64,000 nt of DNA from an uncultured Gammaproteobacteria bacterium (GTDB lineage Bacteria > Patescibacteriota > Patescibacteriia > UBA11705 > JABHMO01): positions 29,452-93,451 of the forward strand of contig CAZAKN010000002.1 in the NCBI GenBank assembly GCA_964486065.1, given 5' to 3'. The notes below the pieces were generated by a model that was not told the DNA's origin, did no database searches, and worked only from the letters and a program-made list of their open reading frames with translations. Position numbers and translations under genes: made by a program. Positions 35,607 through 45,198 of the stretch are shown one piece after another (the first letter of the stretch is position 1; each line of letters starts with the position of its first letter).

Positions 35607-36378
35607 ATGATTAAAACAATAATTAAAAAAATTCCTTTTGCAAAAAATTTGATAAAATTTTCTTATAAAAATTTCATTTTTACAAGAAATTATTTTATAT
35701 TTATCAAAGAATACTTCGTATTCAAGGGCGAAGAAAAAAATAAACCCTCAAAAATTAAATGGAAAGATAGAAAACCGATGCTTTTTGAAAAAACACCTTC
35801 AACAAAATTTGACCCACACTACACTTATCATCCTGCTTGGGTAGCGAGAATACTAAATCAAACACACCCTCAAAAACACATTGATATTTCGTCCATGCTT
35901 GAATTTTCCACAATGCTTTCCGCTTTTATTCTGGTAAAATTTTACGACTACCGGCCCGCAAAAATACAACTACCAGATTTAAAAATGCAAAAAAGCTGAC
36001 TTGGTTCAACTTGATTTTGCCGATAATTCAATCCAGTCCCTATCCTGCATGCACACGGTTGAACATGTTGGCTTGGGTAGATATGGTGACAAAATTGATC
36101 CAGATGGAGATGTAAAAGCAATGAAAGAACTGCAAAGAGTCCTCTCTCCCGGTGGAAATCTATTATTTGTCGTTCCGGTGGGCAAAGAAAAATTACAATT
36201 TAACGCTCATAGAATTTATTCCTATGAACAAATTATCAATAATTTTTCAAGTCTAAAACTGAAAGAATTTTCGTTAATTCCCGACAACGCACTTGATAAT
36301 GGAATGATTATTAATGCCGACCCAGAGCTAGTAAAAAACCAAAATTACGCTTGCGGATGCTTTTGGTTTACTAAATAA
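35607..36378 (+). CDS. SAM-dependent methyltransferase (Methyltransf_11/DUF268-like) interrupted by a frameshift at an A6 run (35607..35999 + 36001..36378)
   Basis: Removing one A at atgcaaAAAAgctgac joins ...KIQLPDLKMQK to ADLVQLDFADNSIQSLSCMHTVEHVGLGRYGD (class-I MTase post-I/II region). Confidence 0.55.
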
Positions 36379-36380
36379 AT

Positions 36381-37124
36381 ATGGAAAACAAAAATTGTAC
36401 AATTATAGTATCTAGTTTTGATGGCTATTCAGACGCCTGGGAGCCTTTTTTTACTCTATTTTTCCGCTACTGGCCCGACTACCCTTATGATATATACCTC
36501 ATTAGCAACGAACTGGAATATCCGGACAAAAGAATCAAATCAATAAAAATCAATCCAGATCTTGGCTGGTCTGGAAACATGATAAGAGCTCTAAAAAAAA
36601 TCAATACTGAATATATATTATACTTCCAAGAAGACTTTTTTATTCAAAAAAAGGTAAACACTGAAAGAATAAAAAAATTGATAGGAAAAATCAAAGAATA
36701 TAATGGAGTATATCTAAGAATTGACAACAAAAAAGCTGAAACATTTGAAATTAACGACGAACTTATTTGTGAAATTGATAAAAAAGCGAATTATATAAAT
36801 GCTCTACAACTCGCTATTTGGAATCGCGAATCATTTCTTTCTCTAATGGACAAAGACGAAAGTGGCTGGGACTTTGAGCTTAGAGGCGGATTGGAGAAAG
36901 CTAGAAAAATTGATGAAAAATTTTTATCAGTTAAAACCCCCGCTATTAATTATTTTGCAACAGCGATTGTCAAAGGCTATTACTTAAAAGGAGCGGTTAA
37001 TTTATGCAAAAAAGAAGGAGTAAAGCTAGATTTTAAAAAAAGAAAGATAGAACCTTTCTACCGTCAATTTTTAAGAAAGTATAAAATTCTTAATAAATTA
37101 TATAAAATCATACGAAATGCTTAA
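36381..37124 (+). CDS. hypothetical protein in glycan locus (possible sugar-modifying enzyme)
   Basis: 247 aa. CTIIVSSFDGYSDAWEPFF... No family recognised. Confidence 0.5.
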   Translation: MENKNCTIIVSSFDGYSDAWEPFFTLFFRYWPDYPYDIYLISNELEYPDKRIKSIKINPDLGWSGNMIRALKKINTEYILYFQEDFFIQKKVNTERIKKLIGKIKEYNGVYLRIDNKKAETFEINDELICEIDKKANYINALQLAIWNRESFLSLMDKDESGWDFELRGGLEKARKIDEKFLSVKTPAINYFATAIVKGYYLKGAVNLCKKEGVKLDFKKRKIEPFYRQFLRKYKILNKLYKIIRNA

Positions 37125-38589
37125 AAATAAAGACGAATTAAAAGGAATAGTTGAGGACTGTTTACTAAGTCATGTAAATGATGATTTTATTATTGAAAAA
37201 AAAGCACCAACAGAATTGTTAAACTACAATCGCTTTGATTCTATTGCCAAATACATAGTCACTAGAAATTATAAAAAAAACGCTTCTCAAAGCTGGGCAA
37301 AAGAACTATACAAAGAAAACATTCGGGCTCTAAACAATTTTATTGAGAATCAAAATAATAAATTTGGCTTTGATAATTTTTATGATAGCATGCTCAAAAC
37401 AATAAAGAGTATAGAAAAAGAAGGATTTAATTCAAATAAATCAATAATACCGATATCAAAAGATGGAACTGCCTTAAACGGCTCTCACAGACTTGGTATT
37501 TCTCTGGCTATAAACAATGAATTACTGACAATAAATACAAACAAAGAACCATTTAGCTACAACTACAAATACCTAAAAGAAAAAGGGTTGTATGCAAAAT
37601 ACCTTGATTACATGGCCATCAACTACGCCAAATTGAAAAAGAACACACACACCGCCATTCTCTTTCCTATTGTTTTGGATAAAATTAACCAAGTAAAAGA
37701 AATAATTCAAAAAACCAGTGATATAGTGTACGAAAAAGATGTTTATTTAAACAGAAACGGCGTTCACAATCTAGTTGTTCAACTATATCGAGATAAAGAT
37801 TGGATCAGTATGGACCAAAATTATTTTGCTGGCGCAATTGAGCATTCATTTAACAGATACATTCCAAACAGGCCAATAAAAATCCTATTATTAGAATCTA
37901 ATAATATGGAAGATTTAAAAAACTCCAAAAAGCAAGTTAGAAAAATATTTAACTTTGGAAATTACCCCATACACATCGCCGATTTTCATGAAGAAACCGT
38001 AAGAATATCAGAACAATGCTTTAACCAAAACAGTATTCACTTTCTAAACCATGCTAAATACAAAAATAATCAAAACTTCAAGCAATTTTTCAAAGAATTC
38101 GATGATTGGATAAAAGATAATAAAATAGATAAAGATGATTTTTGCATTGATGGTAGTGCGGTTTTAGCCACATATGGACTCAGAGACTGTAAAGACTTTG
38201 ACTATCTCTCAATAAATGATAAAATCTTAGAAACAAAAAATATACACCTTCATAATGCACATATGCAAGACTTTGGTTTTATTATAGACGAATTGATATA
38301 CAACCCAAAAAATTATTTTTACTACAACGGATATAAATTTTTAACATTAGAAAATCTAAAGAAACTTAAAAAGAAACGCGGACAATATAAAGATAAAAAA
38401 GACATTAAATTAATTGAAACTGTTTTGGACACAAAAAACGGATTGAGAAAAATATTTTCAGATATAAAGTATTTTTTTAGTATTTTGCCAAATAGAATAG
38501 TTTTTTTTATCAAAAAAACTACGCCGAAACCGGTGAATCCAATATTTAAAAAAGTTTTTAAAATTATAAAAAAAATGTTGTATGGATAA
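37117..38589 (+). CDS. hypothetical 490-aa protein: possible ParB/Srx-like (NGSHR) N-terminal region plus minimal nucleotidyltransferase-fold motif
   Basis: IIPISKDGTALNGSHRLGISLA resembles the DGxHR core of ParB/sulfiredoxin/DGQHR domains. IDGSAVLATYGLRDCKDFDYL fits hG[GS]x9-13DxD of Pol-beta/LicD-type nucleotidyl- or phosphotransferases. Confidence 0.5.
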   Translation: MLKNKDELKGIVEDCLLSHVNDDFIIEKKAPTELLNYNRFDSIAKYIVTRNYKKNASQSWAKELYKENIRALNNFIENQNNKFGFDNFYDSMLKTIKSIEKEGFNSNKSIIPISKDGTALNGSHRLGISLAINNELLTINTNKEPFSYNYKYLKEKGLYAKYLDYMAINYAKLKKNTHTAILFPIVLDKINQVKEIIQKTSDIVYEKDVYLNRNGVHNLVVQLYRDKDWISMDQNYFAGAIEHSFNRYIPNRPIKILLLESNNMEDLKNSKKQVRKIFNFGNYPIHIADFHEETVRISEQCFNQNSIHFLNHAKYKNNQNFKQFFKEFDDWIKDNKIDKDDFCIDGSAVLATYGLRDCKDFDYLSINDKILETKNIHLHNAHMQDFGFIIDELIYNPKNYFYYNGYKFLTLENLKKLKKKRGQYKDKKDIKLIETVLDTKNGLRKIFSDIKYFFSILPNRIVFFIKKTTPKPVNPIFKKVFKIIKKMLYG

Positions 38590-39466
38590 AAAACATTTTT
38601 TCCAACCAAAATTAGTTTGCATTGCCAGATGCAAAAACGAAATTCACATCATCAAAAAGTGGTATGAATCACTACCTTTTGTAGATATTTTTATAATAAC
38701 AGACAATAATTCAACTGACGGGACCTATGAATACCTTAAATCACTACCGAATGTTATAGTAGTAAGACTTGATGGCTTTGATGAAGGTAGAGATTTTCAA
38801 ATACTTCTCAAAATGGCAAAAGCCCTAGACCCAGAATGGTTATTAAAAATTGATTGTGATGAAATATTTGAAGATATAGGAATAAAAAATTTCCATAAAC
38901 TACTTGAACAAAAAAGATTTGACTCATTTTTCTTTAGAAAATTTGAATTTGACTATAGACTAAGAGATGACGAGGTGGTAATGTCAAAAAACAGAGAAAA
39001 GCGACAAGAAGTGTTATTTTTAGCCAGAAACAATAAGCACATGAATATAAGAGATGTAAAAATTCATGTAGGAGGTTTAATGCTCTTCAAAAAACCGGCT
39101 ATTTGTAATTTTAGAGTAAAACATTATTCAAAACCATCTAAAGAAAAATCTAATGAAAAGTTTTCAACCTATGAATCTATTAAAGATAAGAAAGATCGAG
39201 TCCAAGACTATTCATCTTTTATTGAGTATCAAAATTATTTCAATAATATTATTGTAGAAAAATTTGAAAATGTGGAACAAAAAACACTAAACACCTTAAA
39301 CAAATACGGAATGCCTTGCTTATATTTCTCAAATAAGAAACATAAAATAATCAGCCCTCAAAAAAACAAAAAATATTACTATCTAAATATTAAACTTGCT
39401 TTATTCTCTTTGTTAAGGATTTTTCAATTAAGTAAAATTTTTTGGATATTTAAATCAAAAAAATAA
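38582..39466 (+). CDS. GT-A fold glycosyltransferase (GT2-like)
   Basis: LVCIARCKNEIHIIKKWYESLPFVDIFIITDNNSTDGT...KIDCDE. Confidence 0.55.
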   Translation: MDKKHFFQPKLVCIARCKNEIHIIKKWYESLPFVDIFIITDNNSTDGTYEYLKSLPNVIVVRLDGFDEGRDFQILLKMAKALDPEWLLKIDCDEIFEDIGIKNFHKLLEQKRFDSFFFRKFEFDYRLRDDEVVMSKNREKRQEVLFLARNNKHMNIRDVKIHVGGLMLFKKPAICNFRVKHYSKPSKEKSNEKFSTYESIKDKKDRVQDYSSFIEYQNYFNNIIVEKFENVEQKTLNTLNKYGMPCLYFSNKKHKIISPQKNKKYYYLNIKLALFSLLRIFQLSKIFWIFKSKK

Positions 39467-39477
39467 TTTAAAAAAAT

Positions 39478-40230
39478 ATGGCTATAAAAGAAAAATTTAA
39501 AAAAATAGTTAAAAAGAATAAAGTCGTTTACAAAAATATTCTTTTATTAAAATATTTTTTAAGTAAAAAGGGACCAATAAAAAGATGTGTTCATTATATT
39601 TTTCGAGGTCATTTCCTTTCGAAAATTATTACCAATAACTATATTAAAAAAAGTGAACCTATTAAAAAGCTTCAAGTGGGGGGCGGTTACCACACAAAAA
39701 GAGGTTGGCTAAATGCTGATATTTTATCAGGTGATATTTATCTTAACGCTACAAAAAAACACCCAATAAAAAGCCATTCCTTTAATTACATATTTTCAGA
39801 ACAATTCTTAGAACATCTAAACCTTAAAAATGGCAAATTTCATCTAAGTGAATGCTACAGAATACTTAAAGCAGGAGGAAAAATTAGAATAGCAACCCCT
39901 GATCTTGATAAGCTTATATCTCTATACAATAAGGAAAATAGTTTTTGCACACAAGAAGATGCTGTCAAAAGACATTTTAAAGATACTGGTGGTAATCACG
40001 ATTTTTCTGAATTTTTCAACGACATGTTTCACTCATGGGGACATAAATTTATATATAATTTACAAACACTAGGAAAAGTTCTAGAAAGCTCTGGTTTTAA
40101 AAATGTTAAAAGAGTTAATTTTGGAGAATCGACTGACAAAAATTTAAAAAATTTAGAACGACATGCTGATATTGGATGGATGAAAAATGCATATTCGTTG
40201 ATAATCGAAGCAGAAAAACAAAATATATGA
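39478..40230 (+). CDS. class I SAM-dependent methyltransferase
   Basis: LQVGGGYHTKRGWLNADI...LKAGGKIRIATPD. Methyltransf_11/23-like. Confidence 0.7.
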   Translation: MAIKEKFKKIVKKNKVVYKNILLLKYFLSKKGPIKRCVHYIFRGHFLSKIITNNYIKKSEPIKKLQVGGGYHTKRGWLNADILSGDIYLNATKKHPIKSHSFNYIFSEQFLEHLNLKNGKFHLSECYRILKAGGKIRIATPDLDKLISLYNKENSFCTQEDAVKRHFKDTGGNHDFSEFFNDMFHSWGHKFIYNLQTLGKVLESSGFKNVKRVNFGESTDKNLKNLERHADIGWMKNAYSLIIEAEKQNI

Positions 40231-41024
40231 AAAAAATAAGTGTAAATATTACAACCTACAACAGAGCTCATCTACTACCTCGATGTTTAAATTCAATCAT
40301 AAGCCAATCATATAAAAACATTGAAATAATAATTGTTGATGACGCATCAAAAGATAATACAGCAAAAATTATTAAAGATTTTATAAATAAAAATAATATT
40401 GAAACAAAATATTTTAAACATCAAAAAAACATGGGGAATGCAGTCGCTAGAAATACAGCTCTAAAAAACTCGACTGGATATTACATAGCATTTATGGATG
40501 ATGATGATGAATGGTGTGATCTTGAAAAATGTGCCAAACAAGCAAAAATTCTTGAAAATAGTGATGATAATTTAGCGGCAGTCTGCGGTGAAATAATAAG
40601 AGTAAATAATAAAAAAGAAAAAAGAAGAGAAGAAATAATAGAACCTAAAAATCTAATAAAACATCTTTTAAAAAAGAATGGGATTATTCATTCCTCGACT
40701 GTAATGTTTAAAAAAAACATATTTGATCAGATAGGTTATTTCGATGAAAAAATGTTTCGTGGAGTAGATAGTGATATCTATAGAAGAATTATCCTCGCTG
40801 GATATAATGTAAAAATAATACACGAGCCGCTTGCTGTATACTATGAAAATGTCCAAAATAGAATGACCACAAAAGAAAGTAAAGGTAAGATAATGAGTCA
40901 CATTTTTAGTCAAGTCAGAGTCATAAAAAAACACTGGAAAATTTTTATTACCTCACCAACAACACTTTTTTATAGGCTTTTTTTAATAACTAAATTGCTA
41001 TTACTGACAATTAAAACAAAATAA
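40227..41024 (+). CDS. family 2 glycosyltransferase
   Basis: MKKISVNITTYNRAHLLPRCLNSIISQSYKNIEIIIVDDASKDNT...AFMDDDDEW. Start overlaps the upstream MTase stop (ATGA). Confidence 0.8.
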   Translation: MKKISVNITTYNRAHLLPRCLNSIISQSYKNIEIIIVDDASKDNTAKIIKDFINKNNIETKYFKHQKNMGNAVARNTALKNSTGYYIAFMDDDDEWCDLEKCAKQAKILENSDDNLAAVCGEIIRVNNKKEKRREEIIEPKNLIKHLLKKNGIIHSSTVMFKKNIFDQIGYFDEKMFRGVDSDIYRRIILAGYNVKIIHEPLAVYYENVQNRMTTKESKGKIMSHIFSQVRVIKKHWKIFITSPTTLFYRLFLITKLLLLTIKTK

Positions 41025-41029
41025 AAAAT

Positions 41030-41700
41030 ATCCAAACAATTCAAGAGGAACAATACTCTCTTCCTTATCATTATATTCCTCAATACAACTCAAATTTTGC
41101 CAAACCCTAAACTGGTCTTGAAACATAAATTATGCAAGTGCGCTGGAGTTTATTTTGAATGAATTGAAAGAAATTGAATTTTAATTATTGCCGACTTGGG
41201 AACCAGGGATGGAAGACTGGCAAGAGAGATAAAAAAAACATGGGGAATGCAGTAGCTATAAATACAGCTCTAAAAAATTCTACAGGATATTACATAGCTT
41301 TTATGGATGATGATGATGAATGGATAGATAAAAAAAAACTTGAAAAACAAGTAAAAATATTTGAATCTTTCCCAGAAAAATTTGGCATCATATGCACTTC
41401 CGTAAATAGAGATAAAGATATTCATAAAAAAGTTGTAATGCACCCAAAGAATTTCAAAAAACATCTACTTGAAAAAAATGGCAAAATATACAGTCCAACG
41501 GTTCTAACAAAAAAAACGATATTAAATAAACTAAATGGATTTGACGAAAAAATCAAAAAAGGCGTAGATAGCGATTTTTATAGAAACTGAGTATTGAATT
41601 ACAACTACGATCTTTATTTTATGGGGGATATCACAACTTCCATACATGAATATGGAAACGACAGAATGACTAATATTTCAAGTTTTAAACAAAAAAATCA
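41030..41700 (+). pseudogene. chimeric pseudogene: N-terminal ~70-aa fragment of the 41818-type methyltransferase fused to a GT2 fragment homologous to residues ~70-230 of the 40227 GT2
   Basis: 41030-41232 translates IQEEQYSLPYHYIPQYN...(stop)...TGLETLNYASALEFILNELKEIEF(stop)LLPTWEPGMEDW, versus the intact IQEEEYSFPYHYIPEYK...WTWGINYIAAIELILNKVKEVQVDSIIDIGCGDGRL. 41233 onward is ~90% nt-identical to 40424 onward (NMGNAVAINTALKNSTGYYIAFMDDDDEW) and then frameshifted (HEYGNDRMT vs YENVQNRMT). Confidence 0.7.
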
Positions 41701-41817
41701 ATGTATGTTCACACTGTTATGTCATATATAAATACTTTAAACACTTTATCAATAACCCAATGTGCTTGTTATACAGAATGAAGGCAATCATTTTAATAGC
41801 TCTAAAATAGTACAATT

Positions 41818-42561
41818 ATGATAAATCAGACTCAACTAATACAAGAAGAGGAATATTCATTCCCCTACCACTACATACCAGAATACAAAAACTTTACTCA
41901 ATCTCATAATTGGACATGGGGTATAAACTATATTGCCGCTATTGAACTTATCTTAAATAAAGTAAAAGAGGTACAAGTTGATTCAATTATAGATATAGGC
42001 TGTGGTGACGGCAGGCTCACTAGAGAAATATTTAAAAATATTAATGATAATGTGATAGGCATTGATTATTCAAGTAAAGCTATAAATATAGCTAAATCAC
42101 TAAACCCAAACATCGATTTTATAAACAAAGATATTAGTAAAGATTCATTAAACAATAAATACGATTTAGCAGTAATGATCGAAGTTTTTGAGCACATCCC
42201 TATAGATCAATGTGAAAATTTTATTAAGGGAATATCAAACATTATAAACCCTAATGGCGCATTATTGTTAACAGTTCCGCACAAAAACAAGCCACTTCAG
42301 GATAAGCACTTTCAACACTTTGATTCAGATTTAATAAACAATTATTTTGAAAAATATTTTGAAATAGAAGAATTAATATTTTTTGACAAAAAAACAAAAC
42401 TCACAAAAGTATTAAAGATAGTATTAAGCAATAAGCTATATATTTTAAATAATCAAAAGTTGAAAAATATTATTTATAAAACATTTAAAAATCATTGTTT
42501 TGAAACAAGCGAAGATAGATGTTTACGACTATTTGCTAAATTAAAACGAAAAAATGACTAA
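41818..42561 (+). CDS. class I SAM-dependent methyltransferase
   Basis: IDIGCGDGRLTREI...AVMIEVFEHIP...NGALLLTVP. Confidence 0.7.
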   Translation: MINQTQLIQEEEYSFPYHYIPEYKNFTQSHNWTWGINYIAAIELILNKVKEVQVDSIIDIGCGDGRLTREIFKNINDNVIGIDYSSKAINIAKSLNPNIDFINKDISKDSLNNKYDLAVMIEVFEHIPIDQCENFIKGISNIINPNGALLLTVPHKNKPLQDKHFQHFDSDLINNYFEKYFEIEELIFFDKKTKLTKVLKIVLSNKLYILNNQKLKNIIYKTFKNHCFETSEDRCLRLFAKLKRKND

Positions 42562-43462
42562 ACCATTAGTTACAATCTGCGTTACAACATATAACAGAAA
42601 AAACCTACTCCCACTAACTGTAGAGTCTGTTTTAAAGCAAAACTATAGCAACTTTGAGCTACTTATAATTGATGATTTCTCTACCGACGGAACACAGTAC
42701 ATTGCCGCAGAGCTAGAAACAAAAGATAAAAGAATAAAATATATAAGACATAAAAAAAATAATGGCTTAGCGGCAGCAAGAAATACAGCCATATTTAATG
42801 CAAAAGGTAAATATTTTACATTTATAGATGATGATGATATCTGGAAACAAAATTTTATAAAGGAATTTGTAAAATTAGCAGAAAAATATGATGAAAACTG
42901 GTGTTTTTGTTGTGGCAGTAAAGACAATAATACAGAAAAAATACCAAAAATGGAAGGTCTTTTAAGTTATTATATAAAACAAGGCTTTACACCGCCAGTT
43001 GCATCTCAGTTCTATTTCACAAAATCACTTAGAGAAATAAATGGATACAATGAAAAAATAAAAAGCGGCGTTGATCATGATCTTTGGCTTAAATTATCAT
43101 TTGTTGGCACAAAAATAAAGTCTGTGGAAAAAGTCTTGGCCATACCCAATATCGATGAAAATGCGGATAGAATGACAACAAATTATAAAAAAAGAATCAC
43201 AAAAATAAAACAATCTTTTGATATATGGCAAGATGATATCGTAGAATACTATGGCAAAGATTTTTTAAAACATTTTAAAACGTGTTATTATCACACAATA
43301 TATAAAAAATTTATCAAAAACAACTTACATAATCATAATATTTTAAACGTTTTCAAGCTATTCTTGGACTGTCCCCAAAAAATAAAATTCTTAATCTTCA
43401 TTCTCAAAAAAACAAAAAACTATAACATCGTTCAACCTACATTTCCACCTTACACCAAATAA
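42554..43462 (+). CDS. family 2 glycosyltransferase
   Basis: LVTICVTTYNRKNLLPLTVESVLKQNYSNFELLIIDDFSTDGT...FIDDDDIW. Confidence 0.8.
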   Translation: MTKPLVTICVTTYNRKNLLPLTVESVLKQNYSNFELLIIDDFSTDGTQYIAAELETKDKRIKYIRHKKNNGLAAARNTAIFNAKGKYFTFIDDDDIWKQNFIKEFVKLAEKYDENWCFCCGSKDNNTEKIPKMEGLLSYYIKQGFTPPVASQFYFTKSLREINGYNEKIKSGVDHDLWLKLSFVGTKIKSVEKVLAIPNIDENADRMTTNYKKRITKIKQSFDIWQDDIVEYYGKDFLKHFKTCYYHTIYKKFIKNNLHNHNILNVFKLFLDCPQKIKFLIFILKKTKNYNIVQPTFPPYTK

Positions 43463-43490
43463 AAGACTCGCCCAATGGCGAGTCTTTTAT
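43460..43490. terminator. bidirectional rho-independent terminator between convergent GT2 genes
   Basis: aaaaGACTCGCCcaatGGCGAGTCtttt. Confidence 0.7.
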
Positions 43491-44272
43491 CTACTACTAT
43501 TATTTCTATATTTTTTAATCTTGTTTAATAATTTTGCAAAAAACAGTTCCACCGCATTCAAATACCTCTTCTGAACAATATTATAATTATTCATATTTTC
43601 ATTTATATTACTCTTGCTCGATGATTGTGCACCTGATCTAATGCAATAATTACAAATAATTCTTTTATAAAAAAACCACTTAGTTTTTTTTCTAATTCTA
43701 ATCCATAGATCTGGATCCATTTTTGAATTTAAGCTTTCATCAAACATTCCAAATTTTTCAAATACTTCCTTTTTTATAAATACAGATTGATGAGGAATAA
43801 ACTGTATAAATTTAATTAAGTACTTGCCTACTATACTTTTATAATTATGAAAATGAAGCCATGGTTTATTAGGGTAAACTAAAAAATTATTTCCATTTTC
43901 TTCAACAACATTTGCAAGACCATATATCCAATCAGGATATTTTTTTTTCTTTAAAAACAAAAAAACATCTTCCAAAACATTGTTATCATAAAAACTATCA
44001 TCTGAGTGCATATGAATAAGATAATCACCTGATGCATACTTTATGCCATTATTCATCGCATTAGATATCCCCTTTGCTGGAAATGAATAAACTTTAACTT
44101 TATCAGGAAATTGCTCTCTATATTTATCAATAATTTTTCTAGTATCGTCTTGAGAATTAGCGTCAATAAATATATGCTCCCAATTATTATATAATTGCTT
44201 TTTAATGCTTAGAATATTTTTTTGTAAAAATTTTTCGCTATTATAGGTACATGTAATAATAGAAAATTTCAT
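43487..44272 (-). CDS. family 2 glycosyltransferase
   Basis: MKFSIITCTYNSEKFLQKNILSIKKQ...HIFIDANSQDDT...MHSDDSF. Confidence 0.8.
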   Translation of the reverse strand: MKFSIITCTYNSEKFLQKNILSIKKQLYNNWEHIFIDANSQDDTRKIIDKYREQFPDKVKVYSFPAKGISNAMNNGIKYASGDYLIHMHSDDSFYDNNVLEDVFLFLKKKKYPDWIYGLANVVEENGNNFLVYPNKPWLHFHNYKSIVGKYLIKFIQFIPHQSVFIKKEVFEKFGMFDESLNSKMDPDLWIRIRKKTKWFFYKRIICNYCIRSGAQSSSKSNINENMNNYNIVQKRYLNAVELFFAKLLNKIKKYRNNSSR

Positions 44273-44283
44273 ATTATTCATAA

Positions 44284-45180
44284 CTATTTTGTATAAAGCC
44301 CTTTAATCATACCCAAAGATTTAGCAAATTTAAATGTTAAAACCTGCCTTAATGTCCACCCAAACCAAGACCAAAAAAATATTATTTTATTTGCAATATT
44401 TTGTTTGCAATATTCTCTAAACATAAATTTTCTATTTCTAGTTTCTTTAATTCCTGCTAAAAAAGCTTTTTCTCTACCAGAACTACTATGCTTATGTTCT
44501 ACTTTTGAATTTGGATCAATTAAAAAATAATATCCTTTCTGTTTTGCTTTTATACTAAATTCAGGATCTATCAAGCCTGTTCTTCCATGTGCAAATACGG
44601 TAAAACCAAGCTCTTGAGTCTTCTTTTTATCATACGCACAAACACCACCATGCATATAATAACCTTTAGTCAATTCTTTAATTCCATTGTCCCACACTTG
44701 AAATCCCCTATCATTTACATCCCATTTAACTTTTGATTCAAGAGCAAATATTAAATTGTATATTTTTTCAAATAACCTTTTCTCTCTATTATTTGTTATA
44801 ATTCCTCCTACACCAATCAAATTTTTATCTTTATTATTATTCCAAATTTTCATTATATTTAAAAAATAATCTTTTTCTAATATCAAATCATCATCTAAAA
44901 TAAAAACTACCTCACTTCGCGCCTTATCAACCCCTATATTTCTAGAGCTAGTACAGCCCTGAAATTCATCTTCTTTTGAGTGATCTTTTTTGTAATATAC
45001 AAATTCGACTCCTAATTCTACAAACTTATCCATCCATTTTTTAATATAGCTAATTTCCAAAGCATCATCATCAATCAAAATAATTTCATATGGCAATAAT
45101 GATTGTTTTATTGCACTATCAAAAAATCGTTCTAAATCATTCTCCCTTTTATATGTTGGAATTACTATTGAAAATCTCAT
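44284..45180 (-). CDS. family 2 glycosyltransferase
   Basis: MRFSIVIPTYKRENDLERFFDSAIKQS...IILIDDDA...FILDDDL. Confidence 0.8.
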   Translation of the reverse strand: MRFSIVIPTYKRENDLERFFDSAIKQSLLPYEIILIDDDALEISYIKKWMDKFVELGVEFVYYKKDHSKEDEFQGCTSSRNIGVDKARSEVVFILDDDLILEKDYFLNIMKIWNNNKDKNLIGVGGIITNNREKRLFEKIYNLIFALESKVKWDVNDRGFQVWDNGIKELTKGYYMHGGVCAYDKKKTQELGFTVFAHGRTGLIDPEFSIKAKQKGYYFLIDPNSKVEHKHSSSGREKAFLAGIKETRNRKFMFREYCKQNIANKIIFFWSWFGWTLRQVLTFKFAKSLGMIKGLYTK

Positions 45181-45198
45181 AAATTTATATATAACCCC

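Noticed and set aside
35997-35999. In-frame TGA in the split methyltransferase as evidence for UGA=Gly recoding (genetic code 25)
   Set aside because: Reading through the TGA in frame does not restore homology and hits TGA/TAA again within 8 codons. Homology continues in the +1 frame, so this is a frameshift. Long aaRS/RNAP genes in the window are intact under the standard code.
41174-41590. ORF-track call of an intact 138-aa gene
   Set aside because: Its first 22 codons are out-of-frame read-through of the methyltransferase fragment. The remainder is a truncated GT2 copy lacking the N-terminal ~70 residues, with the downstream homology frameshifted. Annotated as part of a chimeric pseudogene instead.
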